From Myxococcales bacterium (GTDB lineage Bacteria > Myxococcota_A > Polyangia > Polyangiales > Polyangiaceae), in NCBI GenBank assembly GCA_016720545.1, contig JADKKK010000003.1, forward strand, positions 409,516 through 473,515: a DNA stretch of 64,000 bases, read 5' to 3'. Made by a program: the position numbers and the translations under genes. Of the stretch, positions 19,851-28,493 are shown piece after piece (within the stretch, counting starts at the first letter, position 1; every line of letters begins with the position of its first letter). The notes below the pieces were generated by a model. That model searched no databases. It had not been told where the DNA came from and saw only the letters and a program-made list of their open reading frames with translations.

Positions 19851-21158
19851 ATGCCAGTGGAAAGGGCCGACGACCCCGACCATACTCGGCGCGTGCTCCC
19901 CTACCCCACCGAGGTCGACGTCGTGATCATCGGCGCCGGACCCGCCGGCAGCTTGGCCGCGGCGCGGCTCGCGCGCCAGGGCCACTCCGTGCTGATGCTC
20001 GAGCAGGCCACATTCCCCCGCCACGTGGTGGGCGAGTCGCTCCTCCCGAGGTGCCTCGACTTGCTGCGCGACGCGGGGCTGCTCGAGCGGGTCGAGGCGC
20101 GCGGGTACGAGGTGAAGCGCGGCGCGACGTTCTTCCGCCGGGGCGAAGTGCAGCGCTTCGCGTTCGAGCGCAGCTTGCCCGGTGACTACGCCTTCGCCTA
20201 CCAGGTGCCACGCGACGACTTCGACCAGACCCTCGCGACGGGCGCGCTCGCGCTCGGCGCCGACGTGCGCTTCGGCGTCTCGGTGACCGGGGTCGAGCTC
20301 GGTGGCGATCGAGGGCGCTCCAGGCTCTCGCTCCACGACGCCCTCACGGGCCGCGAGCTCGAGGTGCGGGCGCGCTTCGTCCTCGACGCGAGCGGGCCTG
20401 GGCGCGTGCTCGCGAAGGCGCTGTCGCTCGACGCCCCGGCCGACCTGCCCACGCGCACGGCGCGCTACCTCCACGTGGAGGGCGATCTGCGGCCCGAAGG
20501 CGAGGCCGCCGGCGACATCTGGGTGACCATCCACCCGAGCGGCGCGTGGCTGTGGGTCATCCCCTTCTCCAACGGGCGCACGTCGGTGGGCGTGGTGGCC
20601 GAAGAGTCTCTCTTCGCGACCTCGGGCGACACCGACTCGGCGAAGGTCTGGTCGCTCATCGCCACCGAGCCCGTGGCGGCGAGGCGGCTCGCCCAGGCGC
20701 GACCCGCCATGCCCACGCGAGTGCTGCGCGGCTGGTCGCGGCGGACTACACGGCTGGCGGGGCGGGGGTTCGCCATCGCCGGCAACGCGGGCGACTTCCT
20801 CGATCCGGTGTTCTCGAGCGGCGTCATGTTCGCCATGGAGTCCGGCAGCCTCGCGGCCGCCCTCGCGGCGCGCGAGCTCGCGGGCGAGCGCGTCGACTGG
20901 CCCGGCGAGTACGAGGCGCCCCTCCAGCGCGCGGTGGGCGTGTTCCGCACCTTCGTGGGCGCGTGGTACGCGGGCGAGCTCGCCGAGCTGTTCTTCCACG
21001 ACCCGAAGCCCGACAGTGCCGTGCGCAACATCACGTCGGTGCTGGGCGGGAACGTGCAAAATACACACAATCCACTGGTCCGCGGCGACACGCGCGCGGA
21101 GCTCGACCGGCTGCTCGCGCGCGTGCGAGGTGGCGGAGCAAAGCAGGGCGGGGCGTGA
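19851..21158 (+). CDS. flavin-dependent halogenase (tryptophan-halogenase-like)
   Basis: GxGxxG (VVIIGAGPAGS) plus the halogenase signature WxWxIP (GAWLWVIPFSNG). ~435 aa. Confidence 0.8.
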   Translation: MPVERADDPDHTRRVLPYPTEVDVVIIGAGPAGSLAAARLARQGHSVLMLEQATFPRHVVGESLLPRCLDLLRDAGLLERVEARGYEVKRGATFFRRGEVQRFAFERSLPGDYAFAYQVPRDDFDQTLATGALALGADVRFGVSVTGVELGGDRGRSRLSLHDALTGRELEVRARFVLDASGPGRVLAKALSLDAPADLPTRTARYLHVEGDLRPEGEAAGDIWVTIHPSGAWLWVIPFSNGRTSVGVVAEESLFATSGDTDSAKVWSLIATEPVAARRLAQARPAMPTRVLRGWSRRTTRLAGRGFAIAGNAGDFLDPVFSSGVMFAMESGSLAAALAARELAGERVDWPGEYEAPLQRAVGVFRTFVGAWYAGELAELFFHDPKPDSAVRNITSVLGGNVQNTHNPLVRGDTRAELDRLLARVRGGGAKQGGA

Positions 21159-21377
21159 GCTTGGGCGCGGCGGCGCCCGAGGCCGCGGTACGCCGGTGCG
21201 ATGCGTGAGGAGAGTCGGGGGCGTGGGCTCTTCGTCTTGCGCGCGTGCTCACTTCTTCTTGCGCGTGCTCACTTGGGGTCCTCAACGTGATCCCGTTCGA
21301 CGTGACCCGCGCGCGGCACGGGTGCGCAACGAGCGGGCCCCTCGCCGCTCCGGCGCAGCGGGTGAGAGCGTCGGCCG

Positions 21378-22238
21378 CTACGCCCGCTCGGCGACCAGCA
21401 AGCGCTCGCTCCGCAAGAGCGCGGCCGAGCGCCCCTCGAAGCGCCGCGCCCACTCCAAAGAGCTCGTGTCGGAGAGCGCGCGGAAGCCCTCGCGCGCCGC
21501 GAGCGCCGCGATCTCGGGGCGGCTCCACGTGCCGCGGAACGGCTCTCCGAAGGCCCTTAGCGGGAGATCGACCAGGCCCCGCAGCGGGCGAGGCAGCGGG
21601 TGCTTGTCCGACTCCATGTACGTGAGCGCGAGCCGGCTGCCGGGCGCGGACAGGTCGCGCACGGCCGCGAGCAGCGCGCGGGTCTCGGCCGGCGCGAGGT
21701 ACATCGTGACGCCCTCGCACACCCACGCAGTCACCCGCGCGCGATCGTGCCCGGCGCCCCCAAGCGCAGCCTCGAGCGTGTCGGTCGCGAAGTCCTGCGG
21801 CACGTAGACGAGGTCGCGCGCGTTCACCGGAAGCCCCGCGGCGCGGCTCCGCTTGTACGCCTGCGACGCCGGGTGATCGACCTCGAAGACCCGCACGTCG
21901 CGGACGGCGTGGAGGCGGTGCGCGCGGGCGTCGAGCCCCGCACCAAGCAGCACGAGCTGCTCGGCGCCGGCGTCGATGGCCTCGGCGATCTCCGCGTCGA
22001 TCGCGTGCGAGCGCATGGCCAGGTGATCGACGAGGCCGAGGGAGGCGGCCCGCAGAAACCCCTGCGCCACCCGCGCGCCGAGCGCTCCCACGCGCGGGAC
22101 GAGGGCGCCCACGGGGAAAGGCAGCAGCGCGCGAGCGTGGTCGTCGTGAAACGGTGGCGAGCCCATGCCCGGGCTCGAGGCCGCGCCGCGCGCGAACGCG
22201 ACGAGCGTGGCGGTGACGCTGGGGAACCCGGGCCGCAT
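21378..22238 (-). CDS. class I SAM-dependent O-methyltransferase, leucine-carboxyl-MTase/TcmP-like family
   Basis: VTATLVAFARGAASS...LGLVDHLAMRSHAIDAEI...LVLLGAGLDARAHRL...VFEVDHPASQAYKR...EGVTMYL is a typical LCM/TcmP-family layout. Start is the ATG at 22238. Confidence 0.75.
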   Translation of the reverse strand: MRPGFPSVTATLVAFARGAASSPGMGSPPFHDDHARALLPFPVGALVPRVGALGARVAQGFLRAASLGLVDHLAMRSHAIDAEIAEAIDAGAEQLVLLGAGLDARAHRLHAVRDVRVFEVDHPASQAYKRSRAAGLPVNARDLVYVPQDFATDTLEAALGGAGHDRARVTAWVCEGVTMYLAPAETRALLAAVRDLSAPGSRLALTYMESDKHPLPRPLRGLVDLPLRAFGEPFRGTWSRPEIAALAAREGFRALSDTSSLEWARRFEGRSAALLRSERLLVAERA

Positions 22239-22365
22239 CCGCGCTCCATACCACCGCGTCCACCCTCCGGCCGCACGACGTCGCGCCGAGCCGCAGCAAC
22301 TTGAATAGATCTGAGTTATATGCGGCGCGCCGCGCTCGCGTCGGGCGACGAGGTATCCTCGCCCG

Positions 22366-22659
22366 ATGTGCCGCAACATCCGCGTGCTCCACCACATGGC
22401 GCCCCCCTCGACACCCGAGGAGATCCGCGCGGCGGCGCTCCAGTTCGTGCGCAAGGTGAGCGGCACGAGCGGACCCGCACCCCAGCGAGGCGGCGAGGTG
22501 GCGTTCGCGGCGGCGGTCGACGAGATCGCCGCGTCGACGGAGCGGCTGCTCGACGCCCTCGACGCCCTCCCGACCCGCTCGCCGCCGCGCACCCGCGAAG
22601 GCGAGCGCGAGAAGGCGCGCGAGCGCTGGAGCAAGCGGGCCCGCGCCACGGCGACGTGA
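22366..22659 (+). CDS. DUF2277-family small protein
   Basis: MCRNIRVLHHMAPPSTPEEIRAAALQFVRKVSGT is the conserved N-terminus of this family. Confidence 0.6.
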   Translation: MCRNIRVLHHMAPPSTPEEIRAAALQFVRKVSGTSGPAPQRGGEVAFAAAVDEIAASTERLLDALDALPTRSPPRTREGEREKARERWSKRARATAT

Positions 22660-22975
22660 GCGTTGGCGCGTCGCCAGGCGCCGAGGAAACCTCTCCGGCG
22701 CATGAAGCGACGTACGGCAAGCACGTCGATGTCTTGCGCCCGGCGCGGAGCCCGTGGGCGTCGAGTACGTCAGGGCGGGCATCTCCTCGGGTACGCCGAT
22801 CCGGACGCCTATGGGCTTCGCGCTCGCGTGGAGGTGACGTTCGTGCAGCTCGGCGATCCGCGCGAGGAGAGCTCGGCGGGCCTCGTGGCCCGCCAGAACT
22901 TCGTGACCGAGGCCGGGAAGAACCTCGTCCGCGCGGTGTAGCCGCGTTCGGGCGAGCCCCTGAAGGGCGCGAACC

Positions 22976-23930
22976 CTACTTCTTCACGGCGCGCTGGATC
23001 TCGTCGCACACGCGCATCGCGGCGAGGCCCGCCTCGACGCCCGGGTGCGACGCGGCGCGCTCGCCGTGGCAGCTCGCCACGAACGCCTGGAGCTCGCTGA
23101 GGAGGGCCTCCTGGGGACGCACCTCCACGCTCTCCTGGATTCCCGCGATCTTGTAGGCCTCGCCGGGCACCTGCACGATCTCGGACTGGCGACTGATGAT
23201 GATCTCCTTACGGAAGAGCTCGCAGTCGACGAACATGTCGACGCACGTCGCCTCGATGAGGCGGATCTTCTTCTCGGTGATGCGGCTCGCCTGGATGCGC
23301 GAGAAGCGGCCGTTCTCGTGGGTGATGAGCGCGGACGCGAAGTCGATCATCTTCTCGGTGCCGTAGCCGTGCGCCGACACGAGGCGCGCGGGCCCGTTCA
23401 GGTAGAGCGCGAGATCGATGTCGTGGATCATCAGATCGGTCACGACGTCGACGTCGGTGATGCGCGCGCTGAGCTTGTTCGTGCGCGTGAAGTCGATGCT
23501 GATGACCCCGGCCGACTTGTCGATGATGTTCTTCAGGCCTTGCACGGCGGGGTTGTACCGCTCGATGAAGCCGACCTGGACGTTGAGCTGCTCCTTGGTG
23601 GCGAAGTCCGCGAGCCGCTGGGCCTCGGCGAGGCTCTGCGCGATGGGCTTCTCGACGAAGATGTTCTTCACCTTCGAGGCCACCTGAAGCATGTACTCTG
23701 CATGGGTAGAGGTCGGCGTCGCGATGACGACCGCGTCCACGTCGCCAAGCCCCTCCTCCACGTTCGTGAGGGCACGGGCGCCGCTCGCTTGCGCGAGGCG
23801 CTTCGTGGCCTCCTGGTCGACGTCGTAGATGGAAACGAGGTCGACGCCCTTCAACATCGAGAGGACGCGCAGGTGGTTGCGGCCCATGTTTCCGAGCCCG
23901 AGCAGACCAACCTTGAGATTCTCTTTCATC
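22976..23930 (-). CDS. Gfo/Idh/MocA-family NAD(P)-dependent oxidoreductase
   Basis: MKENLKVGLLGLGNMGRNHLRVL Rossmann start, EKP motif, with a GAGGAA RBS. Confidence 0.85.
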
Positions 23931-24158
23931 TTCATTTCCTCGGTGCTTCTAGGAGCGGAGTGGGAGCAGCGTGGGCGGGTCGGGTTAGCAGAGATCGATG
24001 GGGCTGGGTGGAACAAAGGGGGGCCGCCAGGGGTCGACGGCGGCGCATGCTCCGGTGGCGCGGGGCATGCGGGGCATGCTCAGCTGGGGTGCGCGCACGC
24101 TCCGCGCCATTCGAGGCCGACCCGTGGCGCCAGGCTTCCCGCGTGGTAGGTTGCCGCC

Positions 24159-24727
24159 ATGCTGCGTGGGCTTGAGGTGCGGCGCTGGGCGAGCCTGGCT
24201 GTGTCCGCGGCTGTGTCCGCGGCGGCCACGAGCGCGTGCACATCGTTCGGGGTGGGAGACGACGCGTCGGCGCCCTCGGAGCCCGGCGACGGGGCCGCGC
24301 TGTTGGACGCCGCGCCCGCGGAGGCCGCGCCCACCGACGCGCCGGCCGCCGACGCCGACGCCTGCAACCACGGGTTGAAAGGCACCGCCGACGCCTGCGC
24401 GGGGTGCCAGGTCGAGCAGCTCTACACCGTGCCTTCGGGCGACGCCGGCAACGGCGGCGAGGGCCCGTTCATCTTTGGCGTCGCCACCGACGGGGTCCAT
24501 CTCTACTGGCTCGAGCAGAGGGGCACCAAGGCCTACGACGGCACCTCGGCTTCCCGGACGGCCAGGGCCTCGCTCGCTGGGCGCCCGGCGGTGCTGTGAC
24601 CTCGCTCGTCGCGAACAGGAGCGCCTGGAGCCTCGCGATGACAGACAACTACGTCTACTTCGACGACCACGGCCCCTTCGGCGCGCCGCGGAGCGTGGGC
24701 ATTTACCGCTTGAAGAAGTCGCAGTGA
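24159..24727 (+). CDS. hypothetical lipoprotein with repeated 'ATDG.hLYW' beta-strand motif; apparent frameshift at ~24520-24590
   Basis: The frame beginning 24159 carries the signal LAVSAAVSAAATSAC and ...GPFIFGVATDGVHLYWLEQ. The C-terminal ...GGAVTSLVANRSAWSLAMTDNYVYFDDHGPFGAPRSVGIYRLKKSQ* is in another frame. Both halves share the same repeat motif. Confidence 0.45.
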
Positions 24728-24728
24728 C

Positions 24729-27700
24729 GTGAGCGCGGGGGGGCGCCGCTCGTCCACGCCGCGCCAGCGTCGCGCGGTCGTGCTCGCCGGGTTGCTCGGG
24801 GCGTGCGCAGCGGCCCCGCCGACCCCGATCCCCACGCGCGGCAGCGCGGTGGACGCGGGCACCCAGCCTACCACGGGGGGCGCGGCCGACGCGGGCGCTC
24901 TGGACCCCCGCGCCCCGGGTGGACCTGCGGGGCGCACGCCGCTCGCCCAGGTCGACGAGGTGGCGCTCCCGTACGAGCTCGTGCCGTCACCCGGGGGTCG
25001 CTCCGTGGTGTTCCTCTCGAAGCACGCGGGGGAGCGCGGCGGGTGGGCGCGGCGGCTCGACGGCGCGACCGGGCGCCTCGGAAGGATCGTTCCGCTCGAG
25101 GGGGCCGAGCTGCTGGGCGTCTTCGACGGCCACGACGCGGCGGACGCGCCGCTCTGGGTCACCTCGTCCGAGGGACTCCTCTGCGTGTTCAGCGACCTCG
25201 ACGCCCCGTCGGCGCCGGCGACGCGCGCGTGCGCGCGGGTCGCGCCGCACGCCGTGGTGCGGCTCGGAGCGCGCCTCGCCCTGCTCGAGCTCGGGGCCCC
25301 TGCCGAGGCCTCGGCGCGGGGGTTCGTCCCAGGATCGCGGCCCCGCGAGGTGCGCGTCCGCTGGGCCACGGCGCGCGTGATCGACGGGGGCGCGCTCGCG
25401 ACGGGCCTCGTCCTCGACGAGCCTCTCCCCGGGCTCACGCTGGTCGGCGCGAGGCCGCAGGCGACCTCCGGAGGCGCACACCTGCTCTGGTACGACCGGG
25501 CTCCGCCACCCCCGTCGGCGCAGCCGGGCAAGCTCGGGTGGGCTCGGCTGGTCGCCGGTTCGCTGGCGCCAACCGGAATGTTCATTCCGACCTCGCGCGC
25601 GACAGTCCTGGAGGGCGAGGTCACGTACGGGGGGCTGCGCGACCACCGCGACGTGCGCCTCGCGGGCGACGCGCTCCCGCTGGCGCTGGGCCTCGACGCG
25701 AAGGGGGCGTGCGAGGCCAGTCGAGCGCTCCCCGCGACGTCACTCACGACGTCACTCACGACGTCACTCACGACGTCACTCACGGCCTCGCGGGCGGCCT
25801 GCGCGGTGGACCCCGACCACCTCGGCGAGGGCTCCGCGCCGCCCGGCTCCGCGTCGTCCCGGGCCGCCACGCCCGACGCGATCGCGCGCATCCTCGCGGA
25901 GGCGCCGCGCCTCTCCCCGGCTCAGCCGGCGACCGACCTCGGCCTCGCGGCGTGGGCGGGCGACCGCGCGTACTACCTGGCGGGCGGGCAGCGCCTCCGC
26001 TCCGCCGACCGTGGGCGCGGAGAGAGCCGCGACGAGCCCGCGCCCCTCGTGGGCCGGAGGGCGCGCGTCGCGTGGGCGTCGTTCGCGTCCGACGGCGAGG
26101 GCCTCGCGTACGCGGGCGACCACCTCGTCCACGTGGCGCTCGACGGGCACGTCACGCGCAGCGCGATCACGGCGCTGGCGCCGCAGGTGGGCGCGAACCG
26201 GCGACGCGCAGCGCGCATTGGCGGCTCGTGGTGGACCGCCGACGGCGACGTGCTCCGGCTGCTCCCGACCGTTCGCTCTCCGCCCCACCTCCGCGGTCGC
26301 GCGATCCGCGACGGGTCCGCGCTCGTCGGCGGACGCGAGCGCGGCCTGCTCCTCGAGCTCTCCGGCGGGCTGCTCCGCGCCTCGACGCTCGACCCCGAGG
26401 GCGTCGTGGCGCCGCTCGGCGAGGGGCGCTCGGCGGTGCGCGCGGGCTTCGACGCCTGTGAACGCGGCCAGGGAGGGGCGCTGGTGGTGGGCGTGAGCGC
26501 GGCCGAGCTCCCGCACGCTCCCGCGCGCGTCGTCGTGTTCACCGTCGACGCCGCCGGGAGAAGCTCGCGCGCGACCGCGCTGCCCATCGCGCCGGGAGCG
26601 AGCGCCCTCCGCGTGCACCTCGCCCCGCGCCCCGGCGGCGGCGCCTGGCTGTTTCTCGAAGGCGATCGGCGCGAGACCGAGCGCGGGACAGCACGCGAGA
26701 CGGCGCGCGGGACAGCGCGAGTCATGTGGCTCGACGACGACGGACGCCCCGAGGCCGACGCTGAGCTTCCCATCGCCGGGGAGCCCGCGCACGCTCCCTG
26801 CCTCGACGGCCGGCGCGTCGCGCGCGTCCCCTCGCCGACGCCAGGGAGGCTCGCGCTCCCTCCAGGGCTGGACGCGTCCGACGCGTGCGTCGTCGGGGAC
26901 GTGGGATGGACCGAGGGCGGCCACGTGGCCCGCTGGATCGGGAGCGCGACGCGCGATCTCGACGCGATCCCCGAGCTCGGCGTGGCGCGCTTGCCGGACG
27001 AGGTCGCCGCGGCGGCAGCTCACTCGCCCGCACCTTCGCCCGACGCACCGCCCGCACCTTCGCCCGACGCGCCGCCCGCACCTCCGCGCGCTCGGTGTCC
27101 GGGCGACATGGTCCCGATCGCCGAGCGCTTCTGCATCGACCGCTTCGAGGCGCACCTCGTCGACGCGCGCACCCTCGCGCCGCTCTCCCCCGACTACCCC
27201 CTCTCGCCGGCGCACCTCGCGCGGGCCCTCGAGTGGACGACCGCGCGCCGACGTGTGGGCGACGTGCACGCGCAGGCCCTGTCGCTCCCCTTCCTGCCCG
27301 CCCTCCACGCGAGCGGGCGCGCCGAGCCGCTGGCGCGGAGCGAGCGCGGCTCGCGGCCGAGCGGGTACGTGAGCGGCCACGTCGCCGCGGCGGCGTGCGC
27401 CGCGGCGGGCAAGCGCCTCTGCAGCCGCGAAGAACACCGGGTGGCGTGCCGCGGCGAAGCCGACTCGAACTTCCCTTATGGTGCTCACTACGTGGCGGGC
27501 ACGTGCAACGTCTTCCGCCCCGAGCACCCGGCCGCGAGGCTGCACGGGAACGCGTCGATAGGGCACCTCGATCCGAGGCTGAACCGCCTCGCGACCGGGG
27601 GTGATCCGCTGCTCCGCGAGACCGGTGGAACCCCCGCGTGCCGCAGCGTGTGGGGCGCCGACGCGGTGTACGATCTCGTGGGGAACCTGGACGAGTGGGT

Positions 27701-27845
27701 CGCCGATCCGCGCGGCGCCTTCGTCGGCGGCTTCTACTCGCGCTCGACGCGTGCGGGCTGCGGGGCCACGGTGTCAGCCCACCCGCTGAGCTATGCCGAC
27801 TACTCCACCGGCGTGCGCTGCTGCCGCGACGCGGGAGGGCCGTAG
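24729..27845 (+). CDS. large lipoprotein with C-terminal FGE-sulfatase (SUMF1/formylglycine-generating-enzyme-like) domain
   Basis: GTG start with lipobox VVLAGLLGAC. The C-terminus (CPGDMVPI...FCIDRFE...GNLDEWVADP...GFYSRS...GVRCCRD) matches the FGE-sulfatase fold. It contains two perfect in-frame tandem repeats. Confidence 0.7.
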   Translation: MSAGGRRSSTPRQRRAVVLAGLLGACAAAPPTPIPTRGSAVDAGTQPTTGGAADAGALDPRAPGGPAGRTPLAQVDEVALPYELVPSPGGRSVVFLSKHAGERGGWARRLDGATGRLGRIVPLEGAELLGVFDGHDAADAPLWVTSSEGLLCVFSDLDAPSAPATRACARVAPHAVVRLGARLALLELGAPAEASARGFVPGSRPREVRVRWATARVIDGGALATGLVLDEPLPGLTLVGARPQATSGGAHLLWYDRAPPPPSAQPGKLGWARLVAGSLAPTGMFIPTSRATVLEGEVTYGGLRDHRDVRLAGDALPLALGLDAKGACEASRALPATSLTTSLTTSLTTSLTASRAACAVDPDHLGEGSAPPGSASSRAATPDAIARILAEAPRLSPAQPATDLGLAAWAGDRAYYLAGGQRLRSADRGRGESRDEPAPLVGRRARVAWASFASDGEGLAYAGDHLVHVALDGHVTRSAITALAPQVGANRRRAARIGGSWWTADGDVLRLLPTVRSPPHLRGRAIRDGSALVGGRERGLLLELSGGLLRASTLDPEGVVAPLGEGRSAVRAGFDACERGQGGALVVGVSAAELPHAPARVVVFTVDAAGRSSRATALPIAPGASALRVHLAPRPGGGAWLFLEGDRRETERGTARETARGTARVMWLDDDGRPEADAELPIAGEPAHAPCLDGRRVARVPSPTPGRLALPPGLDASDACVVGDVGWTEGGHVARWIGSATRDLDAIPELGVARLPDEVAAAAAHSPAPSPDAPPAPSPDAPPAPPRARCPGDMVPIAERFCIDRFEAHLVDARTLAPLSPDYPLSPAHLARALEWTTARRRVGDVHAQALSLPFLPALHASGRAEPLARSERGSRPSGYVSGHVAAAACAAAGKRLCSREEHRVACRGEADSNFPYGAHYVAGTCNVFRPEHPAARLHGNASIGHLDPRLNRLATGGDPLLRETGGTPACRSVWGADAVYDLVGNLDEWVADPRGAFVGGFYSRSTRAGCGATVSAHPLSYADYSTGVRCCRDAGGP
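25737..25784 (+). repeat. 4 x 12-bp perfect tandem repeat (acgtcactcacg) encoding (TSLT)4 within the FGE-domain lipoprotein
   Basis: Identical copies read directly in the sequence. Confidence 0.9.
27029..27088 (+). repeat. 2.5 x 24-bp tandem repeat encoding PAPSPDAP(P) in the same gene
   Basis: cgcaccttcgcccgacgcaccgcc / cgcaccttcgcccgacgcgccgcc / cgcacctccgcg. Confidence 0.85.
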
Positions 27846-27915
27846 GCCAAAGTCGTGTACAGTCGCGCCTCCCAGCTGCCCGGATCTGCAGCGACCCCCA
27901 CGAACGGAGTGTTTC

Positions 27916-28419
27916 ATGGCCCCCGGCGGCAGCGACCAGGTTCAGGCGACCCACCTCGTGCTCTCGTGCATCGATCACCGCTGCACCGACGACCTCGTCT
28001 CGGTCATTCCAGACATCATCGACGACCGAAAGAACGCCTGGGATCGCTACGATCTCATCGCGCTCCCCGGCGCGAGCATGGGCGTCATGCAGACCGAGCG
28101 ACCGTCGTGGGGCGAGGCCTTCTGGGATCAGGTCGCCGTCGCCCTCAGCCTGCACACCCGCATCACCACCGTGGTCGTGGTCGATCATCTCCAGTGCGGC
28201 GCCTACCGGCATTTCCACCCCGGGTACGAGGCCAACATGGAGGAGGCCCACCGCGCCGTCACCGCGGACTTCGCGGCGGCCGTCCGCGCGCGGCACCCCG
28301 CGCTCCGCGTCGAGCGGTGGCTGCTCGAGCCCGTGCCCGGGTCCGACCTCAACTGGGAGGCGCGCTGCCTCGGCACCGAGCGCCGGGCGGAGCGCGTCGT
28401 GAGGTGCAAGGTCCGCTGA
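27916..28419 (+). CDS. beta-class carbonic-anhydrase-like protein (divergent)
   Basis: SCIDHR (CxDxR) and VVDHLQCGA (HxxCG) are the two zinc-ligand motifs of beta-CAs, though the spacing is a little long. Start ATG 27916 with an ACGGAG RBS. Confidence 0.45.
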   Translation: MAPGGSDQVQATHLVLSCIDHRCTDDLVSVIPDIIDDRKNAWDRYDLIALPGASMGVMQTERPSWGEAFWDQVAVALSLHTRITTVVVVDHLQCGAYRHFHPGYEANMEEAHRAVTADFAAAVRARHPALRVERWLLEPVPGSDLNWEARCLGTERRAERVVRCKVR

Positions 28420-28493
28420 TCCCCCGGCGCGGCGTCCAAAAGCGGCCCCCCACGGCGACCTCGCCGGCGCCCCGCCCTGGTAACATCGCGCGC

